Source: Phoronis australis (lineage: Eukaryota > Animalia > Phoronida). From it: a stretch of 64,000 nucleotides of DNA. A program made the position numbers and the translations under genes. Under the pieces are notes generated by a model that worked only from the letters and a program-made list of their open reading frames with translations, had not been told where the DNA came from and made no database searches. Of the stretch, positions 34,001 through 49,000 are shown piece by piece (the stretch's first letter is position 1; each line of letters opens with the position of its first letter). Where the stretch lies: the NCBI GenBank assembly GCA_002633005.1, contig NMRA01000416.1:35631-99630 (forward strand), given 5' to 3'.

Positions 34001-37000
34001 TTGCCAACTAAGTTCAGTGAATTCATGGTGCTACGAGATACCTGCTGTTTCTTTTTTATCTTCAATTCTTTTTAAATCCTTTTTATTTTAACTGAAAATA
34101 TGAGGCTTTTGTTTACATTTAATTACTTATTGTTCTTTTTTCTTTATTGATACAGTCATAGTCCATGATATTAAGCTGTGTTGTATCTAGTGTTTATTTT
34201 AGCCAGCTGGTGTCACCACCAGATCAATGTATTTTTAACTTAATACATAATAAAAGTGTTTCTTTTACATATTTTATTTCCACAACTCAGTTCATTCGTG
34301 GGTTGTGAAAACAATCGTTAAATCTGGCTATGAAAAATTATTCAACTGACGTCAGTTGCTCTTATTAAAAATGCAGCGTCGGGTTGGCAACAATGTGTAT
34401 ACGCATGCTTACGCAACAATCGGGAGTTCGACCTTTGACAAAATGGGTCTTGGTATATTTTCCAGGAGTATTATAAGCGTGAAAAGAGTGTACATCTTAA
34501 GACAGTCTGAAGTCACTTGATGATCTATTGATTTTCTCTTAGGATCATCTCAGACTAATGACCAAAGTATGACCACCTATTGTTTACTCATAGATTTCCA
34601 CCTCCACAACAGTGTCAAATGATTTCTTTGAGAAGGATCTTCTCTTTATCAATTATGTGTACAACATTCTTGTTCAAAATTTTTCAGAAGTTGTGTGCGT
34701 AAGCCATGCGCTTACCATAATAGTTGATCACTCTAGGGCTACCTTGACATCAGTCTTCACTTGTGAGTCAATTAAAACTTCAGTGGATGACAGACAATGA
34801 CTTGTAATATGGGTATCACAAGAATTTTTTGCCAAACTAGATTGATCTTTACTCAGTTTGTGAGTTATGTACTTGCTGGGAGCTAGCATCCATGAAGACA
34901 TGGGCACTTTTAGGTAAATCTCAGTCGTGTAATTTTAGGATGGACGCTAAGCAGAGCATAGCGCTTAAAAGTTAGAATTGGAAATTTCTTGGGTGGGATG
35001 TGGGTGGAGCATGGCTGTCAAAGTGGACAAATACGGTAATGCAAAATTTAATTATGAAATACCAATATATAGTATGCATGGTCTTTCTCTGACTGGAAAT
35101 TGTCCATTAATTGTGAATTGGCTAATTTTTTAAATATACAGTATTTATTTCAATACCAAAGTTTCTGAAAGAAGATTAATTTAATGTCACTTTTGGGTAA
35201 GAAGCCACCAAACTCATCTGGTTTAACGTCAGGTCCCATCTTGGGAACAGGTGAACCGCCACTGGTCGGGATTTCGGTGTCTATGTGGTCATTGTCACGT
35301 GCACTCTTGATTGTATGCCAGAGCAGGCCCACTGCTTGTTGTGATACCACCTCTGAGATAAGATAAGGCACCTGAGATCCCCTACACAAACAGCCATAGC
35401 GGATAAGGTTGAACAGAATCTAATTTATTTTAGACCTACTCTGTATCTCCTCTGCTCGATATCCATTTGTTGACAGTCATTAACCAATCCGAAGCACATT
35501 GTCAGCAAGAACTACCGTAAACGTTCGGGTTAACGCCCTGTGCGGTTACATTGGCGAAGCCAAAAAATCGGGTGGGCGGTTAACCAGACATGGGCGCTTA
35601 AACGTGAAATTTCAAGAAATCGCGGGTGGGCGATTACTACGACAGACAACCAGGATGGGTGGTTAATCTTACCTCATGATCCCAGTCCCTACAGGTAGTT
35701 GGAACGCGTAGCACTTTTCTGAGCTTTATCGGCACGTCGCCAAATGATGGTAAAAATGTCATAACAGCGGATGATCCCAACAAAGGTTCAGTTGCCCTCA
35801 GATTAATTATTTCAGTTAAATGTATAAAATTGCTGAGTAATAGCACGTGCCGTCCTGCAGTCTTGTTAGAGCTGTACCTGTAGAGCGCAGACGACCAGTG
35901 ACTATGCAGTGCTCCTCTTGGATTGCACCTATCCTCACGTGGTGACAGTGCAAAGTGCCCGCGTGCAAGCTTCATGTGCTGCATAGGTCACAGCAGTCAT
36001 GTGTTAGCTGTCAAGTTCTGAGTTAGAGAGCAGTTTTAAATTATTTGTAATAAAGATTGAAAAACCAATTCAGGTGTTTTTTGTGTTTGGGATGTTTGTG
36101 TTCGAGACTCTATGATTCAATATTTTCAACGTAAGGTTCTGTGGCTGTTATATTTCGACCGCCTGGCAGAGGTAGGCAGACATAAGCCAGTCGTCAATCA
36201 AAAGTTACCGCAAAGGCATTACTCAAAAACAAGTATTTGAGATCTTAATTTTAAAAAATATGAACACTATGAATGGGATGAATCTGAGGAAGAAGTAGTT
36301 CATACATGTACCTGCATCGGTAAAAATGATTCAAAGACGAAGCCTCCATTATTCGGGTAACCGGCACAAGTGGTTTGTTACAACGAGATAAATATAACTA
36401 GAGTTGACATCACATGGTTTTCGTTGAGCGGAGTGGTCCGCCATCTTGCTGATGAACCATAGTAGGTCATGATGCCCGTGTATTGTGCAGCATTTAACTG
36501 CGTAACTGCACACTGCATCATTCAATACCTGTAATGTAAGGCAGAAGCTCATTTTGTTCAAAGGCCAGTGAATTTTATGGTGGTCCTACAAAAACAGCAT
36601 ATTTGGTTCCAATTGTGATTTTGTGAAGTTGATGCGATGTGCTAGTTTTAAGTTGTCCAAATTTTGGAATAAAAAATTCGTATTATGCCAGCTTGAAGTT
36701 CAGAATGGGTCGGTATACGTTTTTCCCTGCATCGCTTGATGTCGTCTGAAATGGTTCAGTCTCTCTTTCCCCCTGTGTCACCTGATGCCAGCTGAATTTG
36801 GTCGATTTTTTCTGTCTATAAAAGGAGTCGGTGGTTTTCAAAATGACCCATACACAGGTCAGAACCAATTTTGTAATTTTTGACCTTTTCAGGTTTCAGC
36901 TACGGAATTTGTTTGAATTCCTGGCCAAAATCTTTGAAAAGGAGTGGATGCTTGTTGATGAAAATAACGATTTGCATTTTTCTTAATTCGCATATAATTA

Positions 37001-40000
37001 TACCTTTGAAGCTATGTGCAACTGTTTTGAGCTGAAAATATAATTCAAATAAGACAAAATTGCAGGGGAGAATTAAACAGCAAAAACAATTGTTCATCTC
37101 ATCTCCTCTCTAGAAAGCTGTGTCTAGTTTTTAGTGTTAACTTGCGAAGTTAAAAAACCTTAAACCTGTTGAACCCTGAAGTGGACATTAGCAAACCATG
37201 TTCTTCAGCCGGGGCTAGTTCGAATGGATAAGTCAACAGGAAATGGACTTACCGTAATCGTTTGGGTTAACGCCCATGCTCAGTTAACCGCCCACCCCTA
37301 CTTTAGGTGGATTTTCGATTTAACCACCCACTGCTCGGTTAACCGCCCCCCTGCTATTTTTGAAGATTTCCANATTTGTGTTGAATACATGAAGTTTTAA
37401 AGAACATACGAACAGTGCAATGCGTTGTTTTTACACGCCATGGTAACTGGTTATTAGTGACTGTTTTTATTTTTTTAGTTGGTTTTAGCATTGCCTTCTC
37501 TGTCGGCCAAGCTACTTTTAAGATAATTATGTAAAATGACAGATATCTTCTCACGGGAAGAGGGCATATACCAACGATTTTTGGACGGCGCCAACTACTG
37601 TGGCGCCTCTTAGTGGCAGTTTTGTTTTTGTTTTGTGTGAGTTTTTGTAGTATTGCAATATGATAATGATGATTGAAATAAATTGAAACCTGTTTGGAAT
37701 GGCATCTCAATTAGCTGTTTGGAATGACATCTCGATGTGTTGTTTCTGAGTTCAAATGTTTTTGTTACCCTTGTCATTCTTAATGTGTTATTGATGGAAA
37801 ATCTGCGATTCCACCGCATGATGCGCAGATCCAAGGGGGTACTTTGGTATAAACATTAACATTGTGTGTACTTTATTTAAAATTCTGAACCCACCCAATC
37901 ACTGCTGTATTTTGACACAGGGTCTGTGATACAATGGTTTAAATTTTGAGACAGTAGAGTGTCAAAATGTACGCAATTACGTTTCCACTTAGGATAAACA
38001 CCCAAAGTATCACTGAGGGTATCACCAACAGTCTTACAGATTTATTTGTGACGGCGCAAACATCGAATACAGGCTAAGACAATTTTTCCATTTTCATAAA
38101 ACGCGTGTACATGTTCTTGGTTGATACAACCTGAAGTAGACAATTACAGCCAGTTTTAGGGACTGTCTATCCAAGCATATGGTACTTCGGTGGCCAGCAG
38201 TGTTTCAGGGAAATTCATAGGCAGATTTATGAGGGTGGGCCCGGGCCACCCCTCCCCTTCGCTACCGGAAAAAATAAAACAGCAAGAGCGTGAGGAAATA
38301 TTTAGTTCATTTACAAACCCCCGTACTAAACATGCGGTTGAAACAAGATATAACAGTGTGTGCAGTTTTAGTTTGTGTTTGCATGTGTTTGTGGGGTGGC
38401 TCAAACCAGATTGCAACTGTCCAAGTCAGATCGCCGACGCAATCGGTTTCCCGTCTTTTTGTTTTTTTCCCTGAGCTACATTTTAGGCTGGGTGCGCCCA
38501 CACAATCATGCTTTGTGCGATTCCCGGAGACAAAATGTTGGACCCGCCCTCTTTTGATATCCTGGATCCGCAACTGAAATTTCAGTTCATCTTGTTTCAA
38601 GGTTGAGGGGAAGTTCATAAAATTACATGAGGCATTAAATATGATCGCTTTGGGCTAAAGCTGACAAAAGTTAACTTCATGTATATTTTAGGAATGCAAT
38701 GGTTGATGGGAGTGTCTCCTTTCCTGCTGATCATCTTATGTGGCTTATAAACTACTAGTAATCAAGTTCAGTACAATTATAAGCTTAACAAAACGAGTTA
38801 AGAACTAGATTCTCACGTGGTTAATGAAGCCATCGAGGTATTTTTAAACAATTATAAAAACTATGCGGTGTAATTCATAAACCGGCAAGAAATCCCAGGC
38901 CATAACGGCAGCGATTCCTGGTCAAATAATTGGGGAATTATGTCTTTTCACAGCCTTATAATGACCGTTTAGGCAACGCATGGGTCACATGTTTATATTG
39001 CTTCATGTCACCTCGATAGTATTTAAAATTTCAAATTTTTTCTAAAAATTCCCTGGCTTCCATAAGGCCACCGTGCTTTTGTTTACATTTTGTTCATCAT
39101 CAATATGGCAGACCGCGTATCACGCGCTGTCTGGCTTTCAAGTATAGTTGTTTCACCTCAATGTATATAGCTCATTGGTTTGTTATACGACTAAATTAGT
39201 GACGAGTTCCAACCAGCAAAGCGTCCTTACCGAGTCGATGTTGTTGCAAACGCGACTTGGCGCTAGGCATAACAAGCTGCAGGTCGCATTGGCGACCTGA
39301 ATTTTGAAAATGTGAGCTGTGATTTTAGTCATTTTGTATTTAGTCGTAACATGCAACCTGGTATTTCCAATGTATGGACCACGGCATGCATATGTGATAA
39401 AACGTCACAAAACAGCGATGTTTCTATTCATTGTTATGTTAAACGATCAACTTACCAAATTTTGTGGTGGAAAAACATATTTTTTATTTTACATGGAAGA
39501 TTTCCAGATTATCCGATTATAATATCACCTACAATATCGTACTGCGACATTGTTTGGGCCCGCTGTTTGCGCGCAATGTCCCCACAAACGATGCCGACTT
39601 GGAAATGGCGGCAAGTAATATAACGGCCTGTTTCAATATGCGTCTCGTTTTTTTATGGCAAAAGACAGCGGCAAACAAATTCTCAAAACCTTCTTTCCGG
39701 GGTTGAGCATGCGCATATGAGTCACCTGTCACTCACATACGTAGTCAAGGTAACTTGCACTCCAGAACTCTCGTGCGCACACCACCTCAAAGTCGCACAT
39801 CAAAAGAGAACAGTGACAGTACAAAGTTTAAGAGTATAGCGGCTTGACTGTAGGTTTAAGCTGACTGGGTGTTTATTTGACACTGACTGAACTTGGGCCT
39901 CCTGCCGTTTTAAAAAAACAACGTTCCCCAAAACTGCGACGTGAAGTATCAGTTCTGATATTTCGCGGCTTGATGTTCCTTAGGCCCGAGGGGTTCATCC

Positions 40001-43000
40001 CCTCCCCCACTACTGCCAATTTTCAGTCAGTTGTAGATATTTCAGACTCGAATGGGAAGTATTTTGTTCCGGCCTGAAACTAGCCAATGAAGAAACAATA
40101 TTACTCGGGAGGGCTAAAAGGGTAGGTGGAAACAATATTCACAAAGTTAAGGTTAATTCTTCAAAATCCGAGAGCTTCCCACCTAAAGCGAATTACGAGT
40201 GTTGGCAAGACCATTGTTAAGTTTCTCTGGGTTTATTTTTTCGAATTTATGTTTTATCTAGAGCACAGCAGATGGAAACTTAGCGTGGCAGACGGCTTCG
40301 CTAAAATTGTATGTATTGAAGCCGGCGGGGTTCTTACATTTGCGAATATGGGAAGAAAATAAAGCGACAAAGCGTTCAATAAAATGTTACTTGTATTATA
40401 ATTCACATTGCCAAACCACGGTCTCTGACGCTGTCGTTGCACTCTTTGTTACCATAGATTTTTATCTAAAAATGGGTAATCGCGCGTTTCCTTAGCACTC
40501 GCCGCATAAGCATCAATCTTCAAAAGTCGGGGATGGGTGCTTCACTGAGAGGTCGGCGCTTAACTGGAAATCTTCAAAAATTGCAGAGTGGCAGTTAACT
40601 GAGCAGTGGGCGGTTAAATCGAAAATCCACCTAAAGTTGGGGATGGGCCTGAACGTTTACAGTAACCTATTCTGGCGACATACTTCTGTGTCTGTTATTA
40701 TTTTTTTACTACAACCATTCTTATATGGCACTAATGACTAGTCTACCATAGCAGAGGCACCATGATAGAATAGAACGTGATCGTTTTATTGAAAGTTTCT
40801 TATGGTAATGATTATTAGCTCTTTCCTTTTCCTAATTTCGTTTTTAAATGATGAAATCCAGTTATGTTGGTCTTATTTCAACCCCATGCTGTTTCCTACT
40901 TGGTTTTATCTTGGGAGTGCATTCACATCCACTTGAATTTTGACAGGGGCTCTGAAACATTTTCTACTTGTTTTTTAAAACTAAATTACTACACAAGAAA
41001 ATGACGGCTTGAATGCGGATGTGACTGCGGCAACAGTCACAACTACCAATTTCATGTAAACAGCTAAAATTTACTTTCTGTGTACTTCTGGTTCCCTTAG
41101 CAAATTTGATATTGCTGTATGAAGTTACGGTAAAATCTCCCCAGCAAGTGAAAATTTACTTATAATCAATTTTTCCATGAAACTTGCAGTACCAAATTAA
41201 ATGATTTTTCATATTAAAAAAAGCATGAAAGTTTTGAGTTGAGGTAACAAAATACTGAAAAATTAAGTCAAATACTGGAATTTAAGTTAGCGACGTTTCG
41301 TCCGTCTCTATGGACTTCAGCTTGGCTAGTGTTGTTATTATCGTTCTAGCTAACAAGTGGCCACCAAATTCCAGTATTTGACTTTACTTTTCTGTTTTCA
41401 TGTTCAAGTTATGTACCAGAGCTACCATAAAACAAAGTTTTAAAAAAATGTGGGCATTTACAACAATGTGAGGACTGAGGAGCCCTTAAAAAATAAAAGA
41501 GCTTTTCTGACAAATGATTTTGGTCTGAAATTGGTAAAAACCGTCAGAATCTGAAAAGTCTTCCGTAACCTATTTTTATCAATCCCCTGAAGGCTCGTGG
41601 CAAAATTTTAAATTAATTACTGGCATTGAATATCTCCTTGGCAAAATTTTAAAATTAATCACTGACATGAAATCTCTCCGCCTTTCATGCTGGTTGATGC
41701 GTTGACAGTGCTGTTGTTACCTTGCCTTTACAACACCAGGTCATTAGCATGACCAATGAGAGGCTTGTACCCAACCATAGCTTTTCTCCAGGTCTTAATG
41801 TCCTCTTCAAATCTGATTACAGTTAATGCATGAAGAGTCCTGAGCTTATGATATTGTTAGCATGACTGACTGTAATTTAGGTGTGGGCTTTGTGTGCAGC
41901 CTAGGTCTATGTCGTAGGTGACTTGATAAACATTTTTGCTATGGTAGAACGTCAACAGAAATAATTTGCTCAAATAACTTAACAAGCCTGGATTCTAACG
42001 TTGTTCTGCATGCCCTCTGTTTCCCAAAACATTTTCAGGTGGTTGCTATGGCACAGAACTTGAACATGGAAAAACATTAATGTGGTGCTACACATGGGTC
42101 ATGGAAAATGTGAAAATGCATTTTCACTTGTCGGCCATGTTGTGTTTAACTGGTGAAATTTTGCTGTAATTGTGCATTAAAACAGCAATAAAGGAAAAGG
42201 ACATAGCAGAAGACATTAATTTGACAGAGATAACTGGATAAAATGGTATTAATAATGTTACAACATGAATTTTGCAAACCAAAGAGATTCCAAGTTGATC
42301 ATGTAGTTGTTTTGAAACATGACAAAATACCTTTTCTTTTACAGATGGGCATATTTTGAATTTAACTCTCCTTTCTGTGGAGGTACAAAAATGCATTGCA
42401 GGATTGTCTTGGTTTTTGAATGATCAGGGTCGGGCTCATTAACACTGGTGTATAGCCGGAAAACCAAAATCTTGAGCGAGATATCACCGTTGATTTTCAG
42501 TGACAGCATGTGATTTTGGCTAGATTTTTCTCGCCGCAAGACAGTTATTTCACTAAATCCAGGTCTCTGACACAAGATCACGTCACTAACTCGGTTCTTA
42601 GCTGCGGTGGACAAAGATGGGTATATTGCACCCCAACCTACAGAGTGTCAGGTTTGTGGCAGAGTGGCATCATCATATTTTGGAATGCGGCTACTTTGAT
42701 GAGAAATATCAAATTTTACAGGTGAGGCCAAAAAAGTGTCTACGCAGAGTTCTGGCAACAACAGTAAAGGTCTCTACTGCACATGCTCACTGGACCAAGA
42801 GCAAATTTTTAGAACCGAAGTTGTTGACAAATCTACAGGGTGAGTCACATGGTGATTGCATACTTGGTAGCTTGTATTGTGACACCGCCTGTCAGGTAAC
42901 AAGTAAGCTGGTGTTGAGTGCTTTTCTTTCTTGTGTCCTAAAACTAGAAAGAAGTCAGCACTGGTGTAGAGAGAAGTAATTTACAGGGTGAACACAAAAT

Positions 43001-46000
43001 TGTTGGTGACGAGGAGGGTGGAGGCTGAAATTAGTGGCAGTTTGGGGACACAACAATGAGTAGGGTGCCAAACATAAAATTGAAAAGTTTCGACTGGGAA
43101 GTTGGCTTTTATGTGAACAGGGGGTCATGGTCCTGTTGTGCCCTTGTGTCTGCACCAATGGAGGTGTGCTTTTTGAAAATGGAACACTTTTTTGAAGTTT
43201 ACATGGAGTACTCATTGCAACGAATCTGTTATACTATCCTGCTGGGATGTGTTGTTTTCACTGTAAAATGGGGTCGAGTGTAAAGGGATGTGTTGTTTTC
43301 ACTGTATAATGGGGTCGAGTGGAAAGGGATGTGTTGTTTTCACTGTATAATGGGGTCGAGTGTAAAGGGATGTGTTGTTTTCACTGTATAATGGGGTCGA
43401 GTGGAAAGGGATGTGTTGTCTTCACTGTATAATGGGGTCCAGTGTAAAAAGCATGCTGTTCTAACAGATTTTAGTGGTTTTTTCAACAGTTGGTGTTTGT
43501 TGTCAGCCTGTTTTCATGCGAGTCACTCTTTCCTTATTGTCAGATAGGTAGGTTCCAAGCAATCAAACTGAGACCATCGAATTTCTTCTATCATGGAAAA
43601 AATGATTATCTGAGTCTCAGGTTTATACCCAATGGCAATGATAACTTATCTTGTTCAGTCAAGTGGTAGTGGAACTGCCCTTAATTCATAGTCCACTTGC
43701 ACCATCTAAAAGTGGCTATAGACACCGTAATTGCTCTCACATTGTTTTTTTAGTTACCTGAAGACAGTACCTGAAAATAGCCCACAAGCGGTCTAATCTA
43801 TTCCTGTGTGAACTATCTGTTGCAGTCCCTTTTATGGAGAAGAATTTCAGTGTAGCATCCCAAAGAAGTTTAGATTCCTCAAGTTTTATCTCTATGAAAA
43901 AGGGCTAAAGCAAGACAAGGTAAGATTCTTTTGCCAAGCCTCTGGGGTCTAGATCACCAAACCACCTAAGAGTCAACTGAATAGTTGGCTAGTCGCATCG
44001 GCATGCTCTATGTTAACGTCCAAATCTCATGTAATGTGATTGGCCAATTTGTTAGTCAACACACGAGTGATGATTAGTGATCACGTGCCTCGTTTCTCAG
44101 ATGAAGAAGTGCAGAATGAGATATGAAATTTTCAAAACTGAGTGTAGTACTTATCAGCCTATCTTGTGAGAACAGGGTCTTGTTAGTGCAAAGTGAATTT
44201 TGTGTTTAGTTTAAGCTGTTGGACAGAGGAGCCCCTCCCCTTTGATGCAAGTTAGTAGTTCCTAGGTGTAATGTGACAAACACTACTTAATGAATCATAG
44301 CTGATCATGGAAATGAAAATGAGGACAAAAAGTAATCCAGAGTTCAAAGAAAATAATTACATGTTCTATTTAGTATACAATTAACGTGTAATATTTAGTG
44401 TACAATTTTCACTTGGATTTTTTCTCATGTTATGTGTTACATTTTGTAGTGCTTTAGATGGTTTTAAAGCCGAAATATTGAAAATACGAGTTGTCCTGTT
44501 GCTGGGGAGATGTGGAAAATTTAAGCTCTCGATTTTATAGCCGAATCACATTTGGATTACTGTGGGGTACTCACTGAATATAAACCTTTAAAGCTAATTA
44601 ATACTTTAGGCAGTAAAATTTGGTCTATGTTTCATTAGGTCCATCCCAAATAGAGTGCTTTTTCGTGGAGGAAAATGCAATGCATCATTTTCTTGACCTA
44701 GTTTTTTGAATGGTTGACATGCTAAATATTTCTGAGCTGAAATGAAGAGGAAAAAAAGTGCTATATGGTGCCTCACTCAGCTCTTCCACTTTTTGGTATC
44801 AGCATTGTTCAACTTGATTTGCAAAATTGAATATTTATTAGCATGAGGATGATGTCATTCAAAAGAATTTTGCTATGAAATAGTGATTAGAAAGGCAGCA
44901 GTGGGGCAAGGCATGGTGAGTAAATACTGCAGAATCTGCGAGAGCGCAGTGTTATTTCAGGATCGTTGTTTGCACAAATTTGAATAGTCCTTGAATTCCG
45001 AGCCTTGACCTTAAATATTCTTTGAGTATGGAGCCTTGACCTTGAATAGTCCTTCAATTTAGGGCAGTGGCCTTGAATAATCTTGGCCTTAAACCCTTCT
45101 CACCATGGTTATAAATGCTTGAATTCGTTTATCAGCAAGTTTTGTATGATATTGTAAGTATTTCTTATTTAGTTTGTGTACTTCTAATCAAGAAATAAGA
45201 CTGTGTGCAAAAATTAAAAAAATATAATTTATGTTTGACGTCATCAGTGGAAGACTGGTCTCCGCCATTGTGTTGTTGACGCCAGTCACGAGCTGGAGTG
45301 GTCTCAAAAACTGAGTTTGACTGAGTATTATGAAAAGTTGCATGTGCTGAGGATGCAGTACTAGCACTCAGACAGACAATATTTCAGTTTTTGCGTTTCT
45401 AACAGACCCTAAGATCGCCCAGAAATGGCACAGATTCGTGTCAGACACGAGTATGGTAGTATTTGGTGGAGCAAGTGATCAATTTAGGGATCATGCTGTG
45501 CTCAGTCCATTTTGAATAATCGTGCTTCAATCCGTCTCAGAAACTGGGATTTGATGACGGTTTCTCTAACGTGTTCGTAAATTTGATGGGCAAAATGTGT
45601 TATACCATTGTTGGGAACATTGTGTTTCGCACAGCCTCAACATCAAGTTGTGACTAAGATAATGAATGTGATTGCAGTAAGTTCAAGATTTTGTGAGAAT
45701 GCATACTATCCACATGTACATCAATGCCCAATAGCAGAAAATGGATTGTAAGTGCCAGGCAAATAGTTTGAGGGTCAGAACCGCAGCCGGCACAGAGGCT
45801 GACAGTCGGACACTGGAGCGAAATTATCGACGAATCACTACGGTACAAAGCTTTCATAACTTTGGAACAGACAAGGCAGAAGCGAGTATCATTTACCAGA
45901 AATAAAATCCAGTTAGCATCACTATAATTGGGTATGATCATTCCTGGTAAACGAACTCGGCATTTGAAGAAATGAAATCAGTGTCCGCTATTCGCCTTGA

Positions 46001-49000
46001 CAGTTAGGGTGAAAACTTTGGTTAGATTTACAGTTCGAGAAGCAAATTTTTTGACACTATAGTGGTTAGAAAATTAAATCGTGATTCAATAAAAGGCTGT
46101 AATTACCACTCTGAAATCAGAACTGTTCGCTGACTGTTTAGACTCTGACTCGGCTTCACTCGCCAAAGACGCCGGTGTGAGATGGTCGAGTTTGCACGTT
46201 CTCAAACATGCCTCGTCTGCTGATATGGCGAGGTCTAACTCATTACCTGTTTCACCTGTGGCCTGAGTGTCATCTTCACCCAAATCTCCACACCTGTCTT
46301 GATAATACTTGTTAAGCTCGTTCTCTAAGTCTTCCTAACTTGCAAGATCATTACTATCCACTATTGCATATATATTGTCAACTGATCAACGTCTTCCACT
46401 GATGACATCACGTGGTGGGAAATCAAACAAGAATTAATTTTTCTTTAAATTTCAACATTCCTCAATCATTTCTCAAAAGAAGTGCTTGTTTAGATAGATT
46501 TTACGTTATCAAATCACTATTCACTGTATAAAACCTCAAAAAGTGCAAAAATCTATTATTGGACCACTTTTAATAGTCCTTGATTTTAATTCTGACCTGG
46601 AAAAGCCCTTGAATTTGAGATTTTAAACTTAAAAATATTCGAAAGACCTTAATTGTAAGTAGGTCTATGCCATATATTGTGTGTAAAAATAAAGAGCTAC
46701 AGCTGCTTTTCTTAATAATATTTATTTTATTCGTTAACAAGTAATTAAAAATGTATAACATCAAGTTTGGCAACCTGATTCCCCCTTTTCAATTTGCAGG
46801 AGGAGATTGGGGTTCATGCTAAAATGTTCTTGATTTTACATTGATTATGACTTGAACTATCCTCAAAAGACCCTGTAAAGACCTTAAATTTCTTGGTCAT
46901 AGTTTTGTACAAACAGTGAGGCTGATGATGTGTCTATTGCCTGGTATTTCGCACCTGGTCATGTGTTTTCTGTTGTTAGGCTGTTGGTAATGTGTGCCTG
47001 CGACGGGAAGAACTCCATAAGTTCCATGGCAAAGACCACTGGTTCTCGCTGCAATCTGTTGCTGAGAAGACTGAAGTTACGGTATGACCCAACAGTTATC
47101 TCTTACTGGTTTTTTCTGTTCACATTAGTTTTGTGTCGATTACCTTGCTCCCTGAAAGGAGGACCTTATTGACAGGTCAGTGTATGTAGCCAAGACTGCA
47201 GATTTTATCTCTGTAAAAATGTTATTTTCTTAAAGTAGAATGCTTGTAGATTTTGGTTTTTGACTTTTCACCAAACTTTTACCACTTGGGTCACGCTTAG
47301 CAAAAAAGGTGCATTGATGGCAAATCAACAGTATCAATAACATGGTCAAATTTTATTTGATACAGATGTTCAAGGTGAGATCTCAAAAACTCTGTTACTA
47401 AGTTTTCTAACATATCATTTTGTTTTCGTTTTATGCAACTTAATTTTTTTCATGAAAGTCATTAATTTTTAGATAGACTCTCACAAAGTATTATTCTCTG
47501 AAAGTTTCTTACGAATCCAATCAGCTGCTTCTAAGATACGATGTTCCGAAGTTTGTCAAATTTGGACAGGGGTCCTATGTAACCATAGGTGGCAATAAGC
47601 TTGAAAGAAGTTTTTTTGTTGATTTCAGCAGTTGTTTAGGATTTATTACTTATAGTGTATAGAAATAAATATTGCTCACCTTGGACAGTCCATAATTTTC
47701 ATTTGGCTGTTTTTTAACGGGATTCTGGAAAAAGTTGTCTTGAAAGCCTTAAGAATTAATTAAAACTAGGTTTGGTCTTGATCTATACTGTTTCCTGGTT
47801 TGGCACTTTTTATTGATTAATGGAGTGGTCACCTTGTAAATGGATGTAGAGAGAGGAAGTGACTCATCAGATAGCTATGTGTTCACTTCCCTTTTATCTG
47901 TAATGAAACATTAAGTACTTATTAACAGCTGATAAGAGGTCACACTTTATTTCTCAAGGGGGGGCTCTTTTTAGACTGTTTTTTCAGCTGAATTTAACAA
48001 ATAGAGGTTTCCCCAAAATTTGGTGACCTTGTAGATTTGCTTAGTTTTTAGTCCTGGCCACCATCAAGCTGTAACCGTAACTTGAGGTTTCTGAGAAAGC
48101 TTTGCCTCTGTTAAAGAATTCTGTGGTCATGTTGTCACTGAGAAAAATACAAAGGGAATTATTGTTGCTAAAAAATGTGACCCTAGTTAAAAATATTAAG
48201 TCTTTGTATATGTGGAAAATGAGGGCATGCCCCTGGGTTCATGTTTTTGCTAAATGTTCTGTGCTGGAATGTGACCTGATAAGTGCTACAGTTGCAGGAC
48301 TATGCTGTGGCTATGAACTGTGTGGAGTTTTAGCAAAGTTATGTGCTGTGTATTTAATGAAGAATTTTTGTTTTTGTTGTGAATTACGTGATCAAAAGTT
48401 GATTCTATGATAAGTATTTACTTGAAGAATGGCCCCTGTTGTGCAAAAACCTCCACCCCTCAGCCGGAATGTATGCTGCATCTTCCTGATGTGTATTTCG
48501 ATTCCTCTCACTGCTCAACCATATGAGTGCACAAAGTTTTGCTGAAACTGCGTAGTTCATTTTTGACACTGTGTATGTTTAGTGCCGGTTACATGTATTG
48601 ATTACGTCTGTCTTTGGGTTTGAAATCAGCTGACTACAACATTTGAATGCCGTCATTATAAAGTTGCTTAAGCTTAAAACCGCATGAAGCGCCATCTTTG
48701 AACACTGTTTTTGGTTCATGTTTTTGTGTGGATCTCTTTGTTTTGTTTTTTAATGTGTCAAATTTAGCTTTCTAACTGCACATGATGAATAATGGGCCAA
48801 GTGGCAAGATTCATAACAGTTAATTGATTTCTTTCTGTTTCAAGTTCACGATTTCAACTTGACACAATAAGTGCTGCGTGGCACTTAAACTGAAATGTTT
48901 TCGGTTATTATAGGTTTTTAAGGGGTTGTTGCAGGGGGGAACAGCCGTTTCCACTGTTTTTATTTGGATGTGATTAATTTCAAAATGCTGCGAAAGTACA

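Larger units (their letters stand above)
35515..40662. mobile_element. Older CCGTA-family element ends enclosing ~5.1 kb of nested repeats (span crosses an assembly gap)
   Basis: TA|CCGTAAACGTTCGGG at 35515 and CCTGAACGTTTACAG|TA ending at 40662 (13/15 inverted match). 40487-40662 is a diverged inverted copy of the 33180 end. Confidence 0.5.

Noticed and set aside
43244-43448. CRISPR-like array of 41-bp repeats
   Set aside because: Head-to-tail near-identical units without spacers; an ordinary minisatellite.
45654-46283. Transposase ORFs inside the decayed 44964-46918 element
   Set aside because: Only short fragments (e.g. FCLVCSK) with no DDE or complete zinc-finger motif that I can support.
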